Positions 48,876 through 60,057 of a DNA stretch of 64,000 bases are shown piece by piece. The DNA is from Protoeuglena noctilucae (lineage: Eukaryota). The stretch is taken from contig OY253685.1 in the NCBI GenBank assembly GCA_958009085.1, positions 744,001 to 808,000 of the forward strand. The letters run 5' to 3'. A program made the translations under genes and the position numbers. Position 1 is the stretch's first letter. The number at the start of each line of letters is the position of its first letter. Under the pieces are notes generated by a model. The model was given only the letters and a program-made list of their open reading frames with translations, had not been told where the DNA came from and made no database searches.

Positions 48876-49718
48876 GAGAGGGAAGCGACACAGAGGTGAG
48901 CTGAGGCGCCGGTGGCAAGCATGCGACGCTGGGGCTGAATTGGGCTGCAGCGCTGTGCCACTGCTGCTATGCGATGCATGGCACAGACGGCACTAAGCGG
49001 GGGGTATGGTCAACCCCACACACATGCTGCACGTGCTGTGCTTTGCTGTGCTCTGTGCTTCCCGCGTGCCATCTTGGCCATCGCTGTCCCCCATCGCAGG
49101 CCAGTCGTGTCCGGTCTCGTTCTGGTCAGGTCCATGTGCCCAGTGCAAGCACACCGAGCGACAGGTTCGACGACGGAGGGCAGCACGGTGCGCCCGTTGT
49201 TTGGCAAGGTCAGGATCAGCGTCAGACAGCGGATATGGTCATGTCCGGTCTTTTGCGCGTGCTTGAGGAGAGAGAGGACAGAAGGGGCGGGGCTGCGGCG
49301 TGCGAGCCACTCGCATGTCAGCGCCCAACCGCTCACCCAAACCCATACGGCGCCCCAGTGCCGCCGCCACGCATTCCGTCGGACCGCAGTGCAGCCCATT
49401 GGCGGTGCTATTCATGCCGATTTCACACACCAGCGCGGGGCTAGGCTAGGCTAAGTTAGGCGATGTGTAGGGTTTGAAAGTGTATGGGTGTATGTGGTAT
49501 ATCTGACCACACGGTAGAGAAAGAGGCGCGCAAGCACGCGTGCGCTGCCCCGCTCACGGCACGTCCGCTCTAAAGTGCACGAGATAAGCCAGGCTACCAG
49601 CGGTTGACAGAGAAGGGGGCCACTCACCGCCAAGCCACTGGACTTCTCATCGACGGCCAGACTGCCAGGCCCGGCCAGCCCCGCCTCGCAATCGTGTCGG
49701 CCAGCCTCGCAACCATTC

Positions 49719-51485
49719 TCACGCCAGCTCCTCGGGAGGCGGCACCTCGGCGTCTTCCAGTTCCGGCAGCGGGAACCGCAGCACGGCCGCCAGCCCTGTA
49801 ATCCTTCCCAGCTGCTCACCCGACGGGTGGGCGGCCGACAACACGTGCACCTCGCCCCCCGACCCCTGCACTTCATCCAAGAGCGCAAGGTACCTCCGCC
49901 GCGCCGGCACCGTCCGCGCGCGCAGCACTGCGTCGGATATCAGCAGCGTCTGCACGGCGCCCATCTCCGCCGCCGCAAACACATGACCGGGGCCGTAGAA
50001 GGCCCGGGACGGGTCGCGGGACATCATGTCGAAGAATCCCTGCAAGGCGCGTGCCTCCCGGGCCGCCTTGGTGTCCGCGATGCGCTGCTGCACGGTCGGG
50101 TCCCCCATCACCTCCTTCAGCGCCGGCTTGTAGCTACTGGACGCGTGCACTGCGAGGGCCGGGTCGCGGCAGGCGCTGTCCTTTCCGAAGCAACAAGACA
50201 TGGAAGCAAAGTAAAAGCAACCAAGCAAGCGTAACTCCCGGGCCCGGAGAGGCCTACCACTGGGGCCAATGCCAGCCACCGACAGCCACCGCCACCGTGC
50301 CTTACCAGCCACGATGCGCGATCGGTTGTCCATGAGAGCGCGCTGGTTCGACCGCACGCTCTCCTCGTCGATGTACTTGCGGAGCTGGTCCTTGGTGAAC
50401 CCCGGACCCGCCAGGACCAGGCACTTGACTGCAAGCGCAGGTCACGAGGTGCGGCAGCTCAGTACAAAGCACATTGCAGTGAAGAGTCACGCAGCAAGTC
50501 TCATCTGCTCACTCTCCATGCCCTGCACCGTGTACATTTTCACCGACTGGCTTTCGTTGCTTTGCCCTCCACACCGCCAGCAACCGGCACCCGCCACCCG
50601 CACGCATGCCTCACCGACCTCCCAGTTGACGTTACGCACGATCGCCTGGTAGCACGACTCCAGGAACTTGGTGAAGGCTTTCTCGAATCCCGCCGACGCC
50701 GCGCCCGTCTTGCGCGGCAGGTTGGCCTCGATCCTCGCTTTTTGCACCGTCACGCTGCCCCCGATGAGCTGCAGCACAGCGCGCCCCTCCTCGACCATCA
50801 TGACGGCCAAGTCGGCTGAGAGCTCCGGCGACGACGCGGCCTCGAGTCGCTTGCGGTCCAGAGCGTCCCACTGGTCCTGCATTTTAGCACCAGACGTGCG
50901 AGGTCGGCTGGGCGTCGCAAGCGCCTAAGCAGAGACCGGCGCTGGGTGCAAAGCAAGAGTCTGGGTCGAGCGGGGCGGGCGTCGGGACATCAGACGTCAT
51001 CCATCTCACACCTTGTGGATGCCCAGCGTCTTGAGCATGTCGACCGTCAGCGTGTGGTGGGCGCCCAGCTTGACGGCCTCGCACTCTGTGAGGTTGGCTC
51101 CGCCGAATCGAATCTCCTCCGCCTCCATGTCGTAGTCCACCGTGTCCACTCGAATCTGAAGCCGCACCTTGACCTTCTCAGATGCCCTGGAAGCCAGCGA
51201 GAGTCACGCCATCTTACAATAACTATGTTTGTAGCCAACGCCGCGGTGGCATTCGCACGACATCGTTATCGTCGCGACGGAAAGCGCCCCAGAACGCCGC
51301 AGCACGCACCGCCCGCTCCGAATCATGCCCTCGCGGTCGTCGTGCACTTTGCGGAACGTGGTGCCCTCGACGACGTCCCCTGGTCGCACGACATTGTAAA
51401 TCTCCCAAAGATCCTCAGCCGCGTTGATGAAGACGACCACCAGGCCGGAGCCATCGGCCTCGAAGTGGCGCTTCCTGATCTGCAT
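49719..51485 (-). CDS. PELO: Pelota/Dom34 ribosome-rescue factor (eRF1-like)
   Basis: MQIRKRHFEADGSGLV...EDLWEIYNVVRPGDVVEGTTFRKV, KLGAHHTL, WDALDRKRL...SADLAVMMVEEG, IEANLPRK, LAGPGFTKDQL, HASSSYKPALKEV, RAFYGPGHV, LLISDAVLR, SGEQLGRITGLAAVLRFP. Confidence 0.93.
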
Positions 51486-51497
51486 GGCACCCGCAGC

Positions 51498-51878
51498 TCA
51501 CAGCTCGTCGCGCCCCGCGTGGTGTATGCCGTGGCCGAGGGCGTCTGGGCCCGGGAACGTGCCGTCCGCGTCCTCGTCCTCGAATATCACCACGCAGACG
51601 AGGAGCGTGAAGGCGACGAGGACGAAGAAGATGAGGGCGAAATTAAACGCCGCCCACGACTCTATCACCGACGACGGCCCCTTCTGTGATGCAGCGGCTC
51701 TCTCGTAACCGGCAGCGACCTCCTCTGTCACTCCTGCGGGCGCTCCCGGGTGCCATCGGCGTGCCACGCTGCGGAACGAGGTGCGGGGTCGCAGGGAGCG
51801 TCCCGAGCCCCCCACCTTGGCTGGACACCTCGTGCGCAAACCGTCCACTTTCTCCGTCTTCTCTGCCGCGCTGGGCAT
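51498..51878 (-). CDS. Small single-pass membrane protein ending in RDEL (ER-retrieval-like), immediately upstream of Pelota
   Basis: 126-aa ORF with a hydrophobic helix (AAFNFALIFFVLVAFTLLVCVVIF), an acidic tail and terminal RDEL-TGA. It may contain a short intron ending at ttccgcag near 51769. Confidence 0.55.
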   Translation of the reverse strand: MPSAAEKTEKVDGLRTRCPAKVGGSGRSLRPRTSFRSVARRWHPGAPAGVTEEVAAGYERAAASQKGPSSVIESWAAFNFALIFFVLVAFTLLVCVVIFEDEDADGTFPGPDALGHGIHHAGRDEL

Positions 51879-52208
51879 CCTGGTCCATGGGTTTCAGCCT
51901 CGCAAACGCAAAGACTGAAGCAACGACCGCGCAGATCACGCGAAAACATAGCGAATGTGGACCCGCAGACGCGTGGAACGGCGAAATCGGTGAAGCCAGC
52001 GGAAGCCAGAACTCGGTGCCCGTCCACTGGCGCCGACTGGTCGGGTGCGCAGCTGCTGACGACGTCAATTCGTCGCCTGTCGTTCGCTGCCGGTGGCCGC
52101 TTGACTCCCCAGCGAGGCCAGTGGTCTGGATCGCGTGCCAAGCAGGGTCCAGAGCTCGCCGTCAGTGGGCTCCGCCGCCGCGCGGTCCCTTGGGAGGAGA
52201 GGTGGAGG

Positions 52209-52797
52209 ATGGCGGGGCGGCAGATCATCGCGGAGCACCCGGTGTTCAAGCCCATCAACTCGGACCCGGAGTGGCGCGACGTCGGTGAGGGGCGCGCCCG
52301 GACGCGACTCTCGCGCGCTGCGCGCGTTGCCCTTGCAGCTGTCCCCGTCCAGCGCGTCCCGGCAGCCGGCGCGGGGCAACGCACCGCCGCTGCGCAAGCG
52401 ATGCGTGCACGCAAACCGCGCCGCGCTCAAAGCGGCGCGATGGCTGCGCTTTGCAGTGCGCGCCTTCCGGTTCGGGGACTGGATGTTGCTCCCGACGCTG
52501 GGAGCGGGGGGATGGCTGTACGGGTTCCTCCAGTCCGGCAGCTCCATGGCGTGGGGGCAGAAGTACACCTGGAGCAGCCACCCGCGCTTCATCTCCGGCA
52601 CCCGCGTCGGCGTCTTCTCGGTATTTGGAGCCTACCTCATCTCCTTTCACACGAGGTGAGATGAGCTGCCGCCCCGCGGCTGCCCAGGCCTAGGCCCGCT
52701 GTCGCGACCCTCGCCCGCACGTCCCTCGGCTTCCCCCGCCCGCAGCAAGCTCCGGCTCCAGGGGTGGCTCGATAACGGCAACGGCAAAGCCGAGTGA
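52209..52797 (+). CDS. Mitochondrial complex I 20.9-kDa subunit (NUXM/NUO21-like)
   Basis: Three exons: HPVFKPINSDPEWRDV|VRAFRFGDW...GWLYGF...GAYLISFHTS|KLRLQGWLDN, which fits the NUXM pattern P.I..DP....VV..FR..D ... S..RL.G...N. Confidence 0.7.
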
Positions 52798-52834
52798 CCG
52801 CTGCTTCCTAGCCAGTCTAGCTGCCACTGCCACT

Positions 52835-54373
52835 TCAATCGCTGTCTGAGCCGTAAACCCCCGCCAGCCCCGCCAGCCCCGCACCCTCGGCAGGCCCGTC
52901 CCGCTTCGGCTCGCCAAGCCCCTGCCCCGAGTTTGTCGCGCCGGCTTTGGGCGCAGCGGCGACGTGCGACGCCCCCGGCTGCGCCCCTCCGGCAGGTGCC
53001 CGGACACGAGCCTTCACACGCACCCGTGCCTTGGCCCCTGCCTGAGACGCCTCTCCCGCGAACGCCACCGCCGCTGCCGACGCACCCGCGACTCGCCGGT
53101 CGTCCGCCCCGTCGCCGTCTCCGCTGGGCCCCGCAACCGCACCCGCACCCTCGGCATCGCCGTAAGCCCCGCCCCCTTCGTCCCCCTCGCCCCCGTCATC
53201 CAGCCGCCGCACGAACGCCCTCTGCTTGTGCGCCAGCTCTTGCACCATCCTGTCCTCTTCCTCCATCTCCGTCCGCGCCCTGCGAGTGCGGGAAATTCCG
53301 ACCCGATCGGTTGGGTCTCGTAGCATGTGGGCGGCCTTGCAGGTGGCTCAGGCGCAAAGCACGTGTCACCTCTCGTCCTCCTCCGTCTTGGCGGCCTCCG
53401 TCGCGCGCGCGATGACGTCGTTGATGTCGACCTTCTGCTTCTGTGCGTTGAGCGCCCGCGCCTCGTCCAACGCCGCCAGCACGTCCATCTCGCGCTTGCT
53501 GTCCAGCGTGCGGTTCTCCAAGGCCTGCGAAAAAGCAACAGCGCTTCTTCTCTTGGCAACGCTCGTCTGCCGAAGGCGCTGTCATGGCGTGCGCAGAGGC
53601 GCATGCATCGACATCGCAGCCCAGGTGCTCACCTTCATGGCGTTCCCCTCCTCCTCCTCCTTCCTGGCGGCCTCCATGGCCGCGGCCTCCTCCTCCCGCG
53701 CTTTCCACGGCTCGTAGTGCCTCCGCATGCCCTTGTCCATGTCGTAATCGTGGTTCTGCGGGTCTGTCTTGAAGGATAGCTCCGACTTGCAGTTGGGGCA
53801 CCGGAACGAGAAGCGGAAGATCTGGATGCCCAGGTAGTTTTGCCCGATGATGTCTTCCTTCCTGCAAGCAGCACATCGCAGGGCCAGGGTTGAGAAGAGG
53901 GAAGCAAACGCGGGCGGAGCACGGGGGAGAGGTTGGGCCCGACCGTGCGCCTCACCGCATGACGAACTTGGTGCCCCGGTAGATGAAGTTCCCGCACGTG
54001 AGACAGGTGACGGACATGGGCATCATCATCGTCACCGACATGCGGTTCGTCGGGTCACGTTTGGGCTTCTGCGAGAGGGGGGGTCGCAGTCGCAGATGGG
54101 AGTCGTGCTCCGACATCACTGCCGCGCCGAAAGACGCAGGTCCAGATAACATGCTTTGCGAAGGACAAAGGCGCGGATGGAGCCCCCGCTTGGCGCTGAA
54201 AGACCAGGCAATACTTTCCGTCCTCACAGCCGGTCTAAAAGAGGGCCCCTGGCCGACTGCCCACGCAGGTGACGTCGTGCCATACACAAGCAGCTCCTCA
54301 CCTTCACGCGGGGCATGTTGTAAGGGTCGAAGTCGGGCGCGAAGTACTTGTTCAAGACCTTGCGCTCTCCCAT
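52835..54373 (-). CDS. YJU2: Splicing factor YJU2/CCDC94 (Cwc16)
   Basis: MGERKVLNKYFAPDFDP, MMMPMSVTCLTCGNFIYRGTKF, YLGIQIFRFSFRCPNCKSELSFKTDPQNHDY, AMK|ALENRTLDSKREMDVLAALDE. Confidence 0.92.
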
Positions 54374-54768
54374 GGTCTACCGCCGTCCCCTGGGCCGGAG
54401 TGTTCCGCGGTTGTTTGCTGGTCAACTGGCGGTGACTCGGCAGTCACCCAGCGCGTTGTTCACGCGCGACGCAAGTCCAGCGCAGTGATGGAAACCCAGC
54501 GGCGACTGCTCCGGGACGATGGGCTGTGCACTTCGCGGTTTGTCTTGCGAGGTGGCAACAGAGGGCAGAATTCTACCCATGATAGCGCGGACAGCCGTTT
54601 TTGGGAGACCTTCGCGCGCTTCTCCTGCGGCTCTCTGACGTTCCTCCGGCACAATCCCAAGCCAGCGCCCTCTTCCCGCTTGAGCGCTGTGCGACGACGA
54701 GCATTGCAGGTGCGGTGTCTGGAGCTTGCGCGGATGGTCTGAGCGCGACGCTTCAGCAAGAACGGGGG

Positions 54769-55342
54769 ATGGACGCCAACAAGCCGTCCACGTCGGCGAG
54801 ACCCGCGTCTCAGGGGGTCTTTAAAACATCGCGGAAGGATTTTGAGGAGCAGGTGGTGAGAGGCAGTGCCCTAACAGAGCTGCAAGCGTCCGGGATGGCG
54901 GGGACGAGCACTCCTATGACAGCCAGCCATCCCCGGCCTCCTGCTGCAGCGACAGGGGCGCATCGGACCAAGGCGGGTTGTCAGTGGCGGTGGGATCATT
55001 GCTGCGCGTCGACTGCCGAACTGGGTGATCGGCGCGGCCGTCATGGGCGTGGCTGGTGAGGAATGCCCCTCGCAAAGCAATTCAGTGAGCTTGGCCCGCT
55101 CCCCCGCGGCCTTTCACGCTTGCCCGTCGCTGCCGCAGGTGCGACGTATTGGTACACGGTCCGGCAGCTCAGCGGGGGACCCAAATCGCTTCAGGTGCGG
55201 GCTCGTCACATGGTCCGGGCATTCAAGGGCCTGCAAGCACTTTCTTTGCCGAAACAGGGCACTGGGATCTACCTATCTGCAGGTCGAGATGAAGGAGGTA
55301 GAACAGGAACTCAAGGCCCAAGGGTTTGGGCGGAAAGACTGA
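54769..55342 (+). CDS. Small single-TM protein resembling cytochrome c oxidase assembly factor COA3/CCDC56
   Basis: Four exons: ...RRLPNWVIGAAVMGVAG|ATYWYTVRQLSG...LQ|VEMKEVEQELKAQ. The N...G...G.Y.YT plus short coiled-coil pattern is COA3-like. Confidence 0.5.
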
Positions 55343-55403
55343 TAGGGCGGGTCGCGGCGCGCCCCAGCGGGCCCCTGCGTCCGCCCCCCGTGGGCGCCGC
55401 GTC

Positions 55404-56644
55404 CTACATCAGCCAAGGCCACTGGATGCTCGGCACCTCGACGTGGGTGCCCAGGGGGAGTCCCACGCCCGGGCCGTGCTGTACCCTCACCACGCGGTAG
55501 CACGCCGAGGGACCAAAGCACAATGTGGATCCAGCGTGGATCTCTTGCGGCGTGTCCTGGCGCACCCTGCGTGGACGAAGCTGTGGTGTGCATTGTTGCA
55601 TCCCCGAATACCGTTGCACCGCATACTCTTGCCCCTCGTGTGCCCTCACCTCTTGCCATCGACGTACGTGCCGGCGGTGCCCGCCAGGTCGTGCACGTAG
55701 AAGGCGGACGAACGAGTCTTGCCGAAAAAGGAGCCCCTTTTGAAAAGCGGCGGATGTTCTTTCTGCGGTGACGTGATGTCATGCTCCCATGAGCCGGCCG
55801 GTCACATACCGGCCACCGTGGCAGCACCACCCGTCCTTGCTGATCCGTCACACACCTCCAGGATGACGCCCTCGACCCTCGCATGCTTCCGCGCCACCTG
55901 GTCGTCGTTCACCTCGAAGTTGACCCCCGTGCAGAGGGCCTCCTTGGCCGGGAATGCGCGGCCCACCGTGGTCGTCTGCAGCCTACCAGGGCGCTTCCTT
56001 GAGAATCAGGCCAGCAGGGCATGGACCGCCAAAGCTGGTGCACTCAGCAGGCGCTCACCTCGTCCACTGCCAGGTGACGCCCTGAGGCAAGCGCTTCAAC
56101 CAGCTCGCCCTCCGACCGGGGCTCGCTGAGCGCGTCCACCAGGTACACGTCCCCGTGCTTGAATTGCGTGGCAAACACTCTGCGACGAAGGTGGGTCGGG
56201 AAGCCTCAACGTCGGCCCAGGAGCGTGGCAAGCACTGCTAACTGTCTAACAGTAATTATGTGGGCATGTTGCCGGGCTCTGAGCTGCAGGGACCCGACGC
56301 GCGGTAAGCATGCGGCCTCCAGCCAACCATTGAAATGCGAATCGGCAGCGGCCGGGTTCGGATGTGCTTTTAGCGGCAGCTCACCGGTTCGTGATGAAGG
56401 CGACGCCGTTGCTCCACGCCTCGGACACCTCCGCGGTCCCCTCCACGCGCTTGCTATTGGTACTGACGCCATCGTCCAGAGGAAGGAACTCGTTCGCGCC
56501 GTCCCACGCCGCGCGCACGAGGGGGACGCGGACCCTAACGGTCGCCGCCTGCGCCGCCCGAGACCTGGAGCCCAACTTCCCCTGCCGCCCCCATAAGGAG
56601 GCGGTTCTTGTCACAGCACTGCCATGGTGAACAGCGTGCCGCAT
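55404..56644 (-). CDS. FHA-domain protein
   Basis: Spliced TTTVGR...C...NDDQVARKHARV...FYVHDLAGTAGTYVDGKR|VRQDTPQEIHAGSTLCFG is an FHA signature. The start codon is uncertain. Confidence 0.7.
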
Positions 56645-56889
56645 GTTGTGCGGCGAGAAGTCCGGGCAAGACGCGCTACGGGCAACTAGGTATTGTGGCG
56701 ATGCTGTGCTACCGAACAGGGGTGCGCAGGTGCTCCTCGTCGTGCAGATTTGGCGCTCTGTCAATGCAGCCCGCGCGCTTTCAGCAAAGCCACGCCATGG
56801 GACACTCGACACTGGCGTCAGTCGTTCAACGTGGGTTTTTTGCAAAGACACTACTACCGTGCAGGGAGCGCTCTCACGGCCCTGCGTCC

Positions 56890-57905
56890 TCAGTTCACCA
56901 CCATGGACGACATCTTGTCACGGATGTTGCACGCCTTGATGACCCGGTTGTACGTCTCGCGGTCGTTGAGGTACATGAACTGCGGGCGGTACCAGCTCAG
57001 CAACGCTTTGTGGACTGCAAACCACAGCCAGACGGGAACCTCGGCAAGGACGACGCAGGGCCAGAAGCCAGATGTCAGGGGACTTTGACAGGCCCCCACT
57101 ACAATAGCAGGCCCCCTCGCACCCACCTTGAGCAGGTTCTTGCGCTTCGAGAGGATCCGCTCGAGGCCACGACGGGACGCAAAGTCCTTGGAGTGCGCCT
57201 GCGGGCGGGGAGCGTTTGGCAAGGCTTGGCCACAGCGCGTGACGGACGAGGCAGGCAGGCGGTGCTTCCAGGCCTAGCCCCGTCCCACCTGGAGGTGGCT
57301 GGTCAGCTGGACCACGCGGGCGCTGAGACGCGCGACCTGGAACTCGGGCGAGCCCGTGTCCTTCTCGTCGCGCTTGAACTCCATGGCCGTCGTGAAGTCG
57401 GCGCCCTTGCCCCGGTACCTGCGGGGGTGGAGGAGGCGGCGCGGACATGGAAATGGCGCACTGCGTCCTCGTCTTCGCGACCGTGACGTCGGCCCCGCCT
57501 GCGCCGCCCCGGAAACCCCGGCCGAGGCGGGTGGAGCGGGCCTCGGCTCCCCCGCCCTCCTCGACGGCAGCCACGCTGGCGGCCCCGACAACCGTGCGAA
57601 TGAAATGCACTTGCGGCTGCCAGCGCCACGCGGGCCGGAGGGGAGCGGCGCGGAGGCCGGCGTCGCCACCAGTCGACCCTTACTCGCGCCCCCAGGCCCG
57701 CTGGAGGTCTCCCGCGGCCGATGACGGCCGGCATGGCATTATGTGGAATCGAAACATCGGATAGCGACGTCGTGGCCCGTGCCGCGCACCTCATCTCCAC
57801 CACGACCCCCCGGGAGCGCTGGCAGACCACGCTCCGGGTCTGCGCGGGCATGGCCCGCCCCTGCGCGAAGGCAGACGACGAGGACTGCAGAGCCATCGTC
57901 GCCAT
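56890..57905 (-). CDS. rps15: Nucleus-encoded plastid ribosomal protein S15 (uS15c) with transit peptide
   Basis: Transit peptide MALQSSSSAFAQGRAMPAQTRSVVCQRSRGVVVEM, then FKRDEKDTGSPEFQVARLSARVVQLTSHLQ|AHSKDFASRRGLERILSKRKNLLK|FMYLNDRETYNRVIKACNIR. Confidence 0.92.
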
Positions 57906-58306
57906 CCCCTCCCCCGGACCCCCAGCAGCACGAACCCACGAAGCAGACGCGCGGGGTAGAGGGACGCGACGGACAGGGCGGTGAGTGGAAGCTCGCGCGA
58001 ATATGTGAGGAAACGACGCGGCGCGCTACCAGCTGACGGCCGGGCAGGGACCCTGACGCGGGTCCAGCCCGACGGGGAACGGGCGTCACAGGTTCGCCTT
58101 GCCCGCCGTCGATTCAGTATCCGAAAGAGCCTTCAAGTTCGCATTTGTAGATATCAGACCCGCGCAGCGCTAGAGTAACCTCAATTGAGCTTGCTTGGTC
58201 ACCTTCGACGCCGCTGCCGGCCTGACAGCGGTCTTCCGGGCCCAATAGCCGGCAAGAGGCCGGCGAGTACCCCCGGGCTGTCGCCCGCCCGCGCGGAGGG
58301 GGAGGG

Positions 58307-59752
58307 ATGGTGAAGGTCAAGCGCAACACGGCCTACGGTCTCAACCCGGCCGACGTGGAGCGCAAGGCGAGGGTCGCAGGCCGCGGCGACTCCCTCGTTC
58401 CCGGCGGCGATGCGCTTGGGGCATGCGACGCGCTTCGGCGTGCGATTCGGCCTGGGCGCTTGAGCCTCGCAGAAGGCCAAGCGCAAGGAGATAAAGAAGA
58501 ACCGGCAGGAGCGAGAGGACACGCGCGAGGGAAGGACGCTTGCCATGAACAATCCGGACACGCTCAAGCAGGAGCTCGACGGGCTGCTGGCCGTCGGTGA
58601 GGCCTCGCGCGCACGGGCCTGAGTTCCGTCGCCCGCTGTGGCTTGCCCCGTCACCATCCCGTGTCCGGTCCCCCCCAGATCCCTTGAAGCTCACGGAGCG
58701 AGAGCGTCTCCGCAAAAGGGTGCTCATCAAGGCGCTCGCGGAAGCTGTTCGGGAGAAGGAGCGGTGAGTGGGCGCACTTGTGCGCCCCGCTCGCAGGTCA
58801 GCTCGCAGGGGCCTGGACGGCATGCTGGGTTGCTAAAGAGGATGACCGCTGCTTCTTTACGCAGGAACAAAGTCTGGACGGACAAGGGCTACGACCCATT
58901 GACGGCGGGCCGGTCGGGGGGGGCGGGGCCTTCCTCTGCTGACGACGACGAAGATGCGGGGCCCCTGCCGCTCCCGGGCATGCCATCGCTGCCGACCGGC
59001 GCCGTGCCGCTCCCGCCGGGCCTGGCACCTCCCGGACAGCAGCCCCCCCTCCCACCCGACGATGGGGTCCCGCTGCCACCGCCGCCAGGACCTCCCCCGG
59101 GCCTGCTTCCCCCGCCCGCCACCCCGCCGCCGGCACCCAAGCTCGCGCCACCCCCGATGCCGCCCCCCGGCTTCGCCGCTGGCGCTCCCGTCATGTTTCA
59201 CGGCGCGGTCATGCAGGCCCCCCCCGCCCTGGCCGGGCCCGCTGGGGCGCAAGGCGAGGTCCCCGCCCCGTCGCATGGCCCGGCGCCGACACGCGGACCC
59301 GTCCTGTCGTCCGCGCCCACCGTGGGGCCGCGGGCACAGCACGACAAGGTGGGGGCACGCGGCGCGGTGGGTCTGCGGGTGGCCAGGCGCGCCCTGGGTC
59401 CAGCGGGCCCCACCCATTGCTCGGCCTTGGTCCGCAGAATCTGACTTCCATGGTCCCGGCGCACCTGCTGGCCAGGAGGGAGGCCAGCAAGCCGAAGCCC
59501 CGCCCCCGAGTTCTTGCGGGGTCGTCCGTCGACGCCGCCGTCCCGCGCCCGGATGCGGCGATTGGAGCGGCGCCATTGATCGAAAAGAGAGCGCCTGCGA
59601 AGGTAAGCGCCGCCCGGCGAGCGCCCGGGCGGATGACCCACCTGTCCGCGCAATTCCCAGGGCACCTGCGCGGCCTTTGCGCGCAGAACACCGTGGAGCA
59701 GGTCGAGACGCAGTACGCGGCCTTCATGGCGGAGATTGCTAAGATGGAGTAA
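58307..59752 (+). CDS. WBP11: WW domain-binding protein 11 (Wbp11/SIPP1-like splicing factor)
   Basis: LNPADVERK|KAKRKEIKKNRQER, polyproline PPPPGPPPG tract, LTSMVPAHL, C-terminal QYAAFMAEI. Confidence 0.8.
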
Positions 59753-60057
59753 TTTTTCTCTGAATTTTCCTTGCACAGATCACGCTGCGCCCCCTTCCCC
59801 GCTCTGCGTTCGAGCGTTTGCTGATTAAGGTCTGCCGGTCGCGCGAGCGGGCCCAGTGAGGTCGAACCCGGCATTGAAATGGCCACACCGACTTTCCGGC
59901 AGAAAAATTTAGAGGTCTTTGGCAAATCCAGCGGGGGCATGCGCGGGAATTGCTCGCTGCCATCTTCGTGGCCCCGCGGCGTGACGGCTGCCGGTCCCCC
60001 TGGGACGACTTGGCCCACGCGCCACACGGCGCCCCCCGTCAGCCCGGCTGCGCGGCG

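Noticed and set aside
49438..49480. Telomere-like gctaggctaggctaagttagg...tagggttt
   Set aside because: Too short and degenerate to call an interstitial telomeric repeat.
51700..51790. J-domain-like FRSVARRWHP...EEVAAGYERA in the RDEL ORF
   Set aside because: It has HPG instead of HPD, helices I and II are missing, and part of the match may be intronic.
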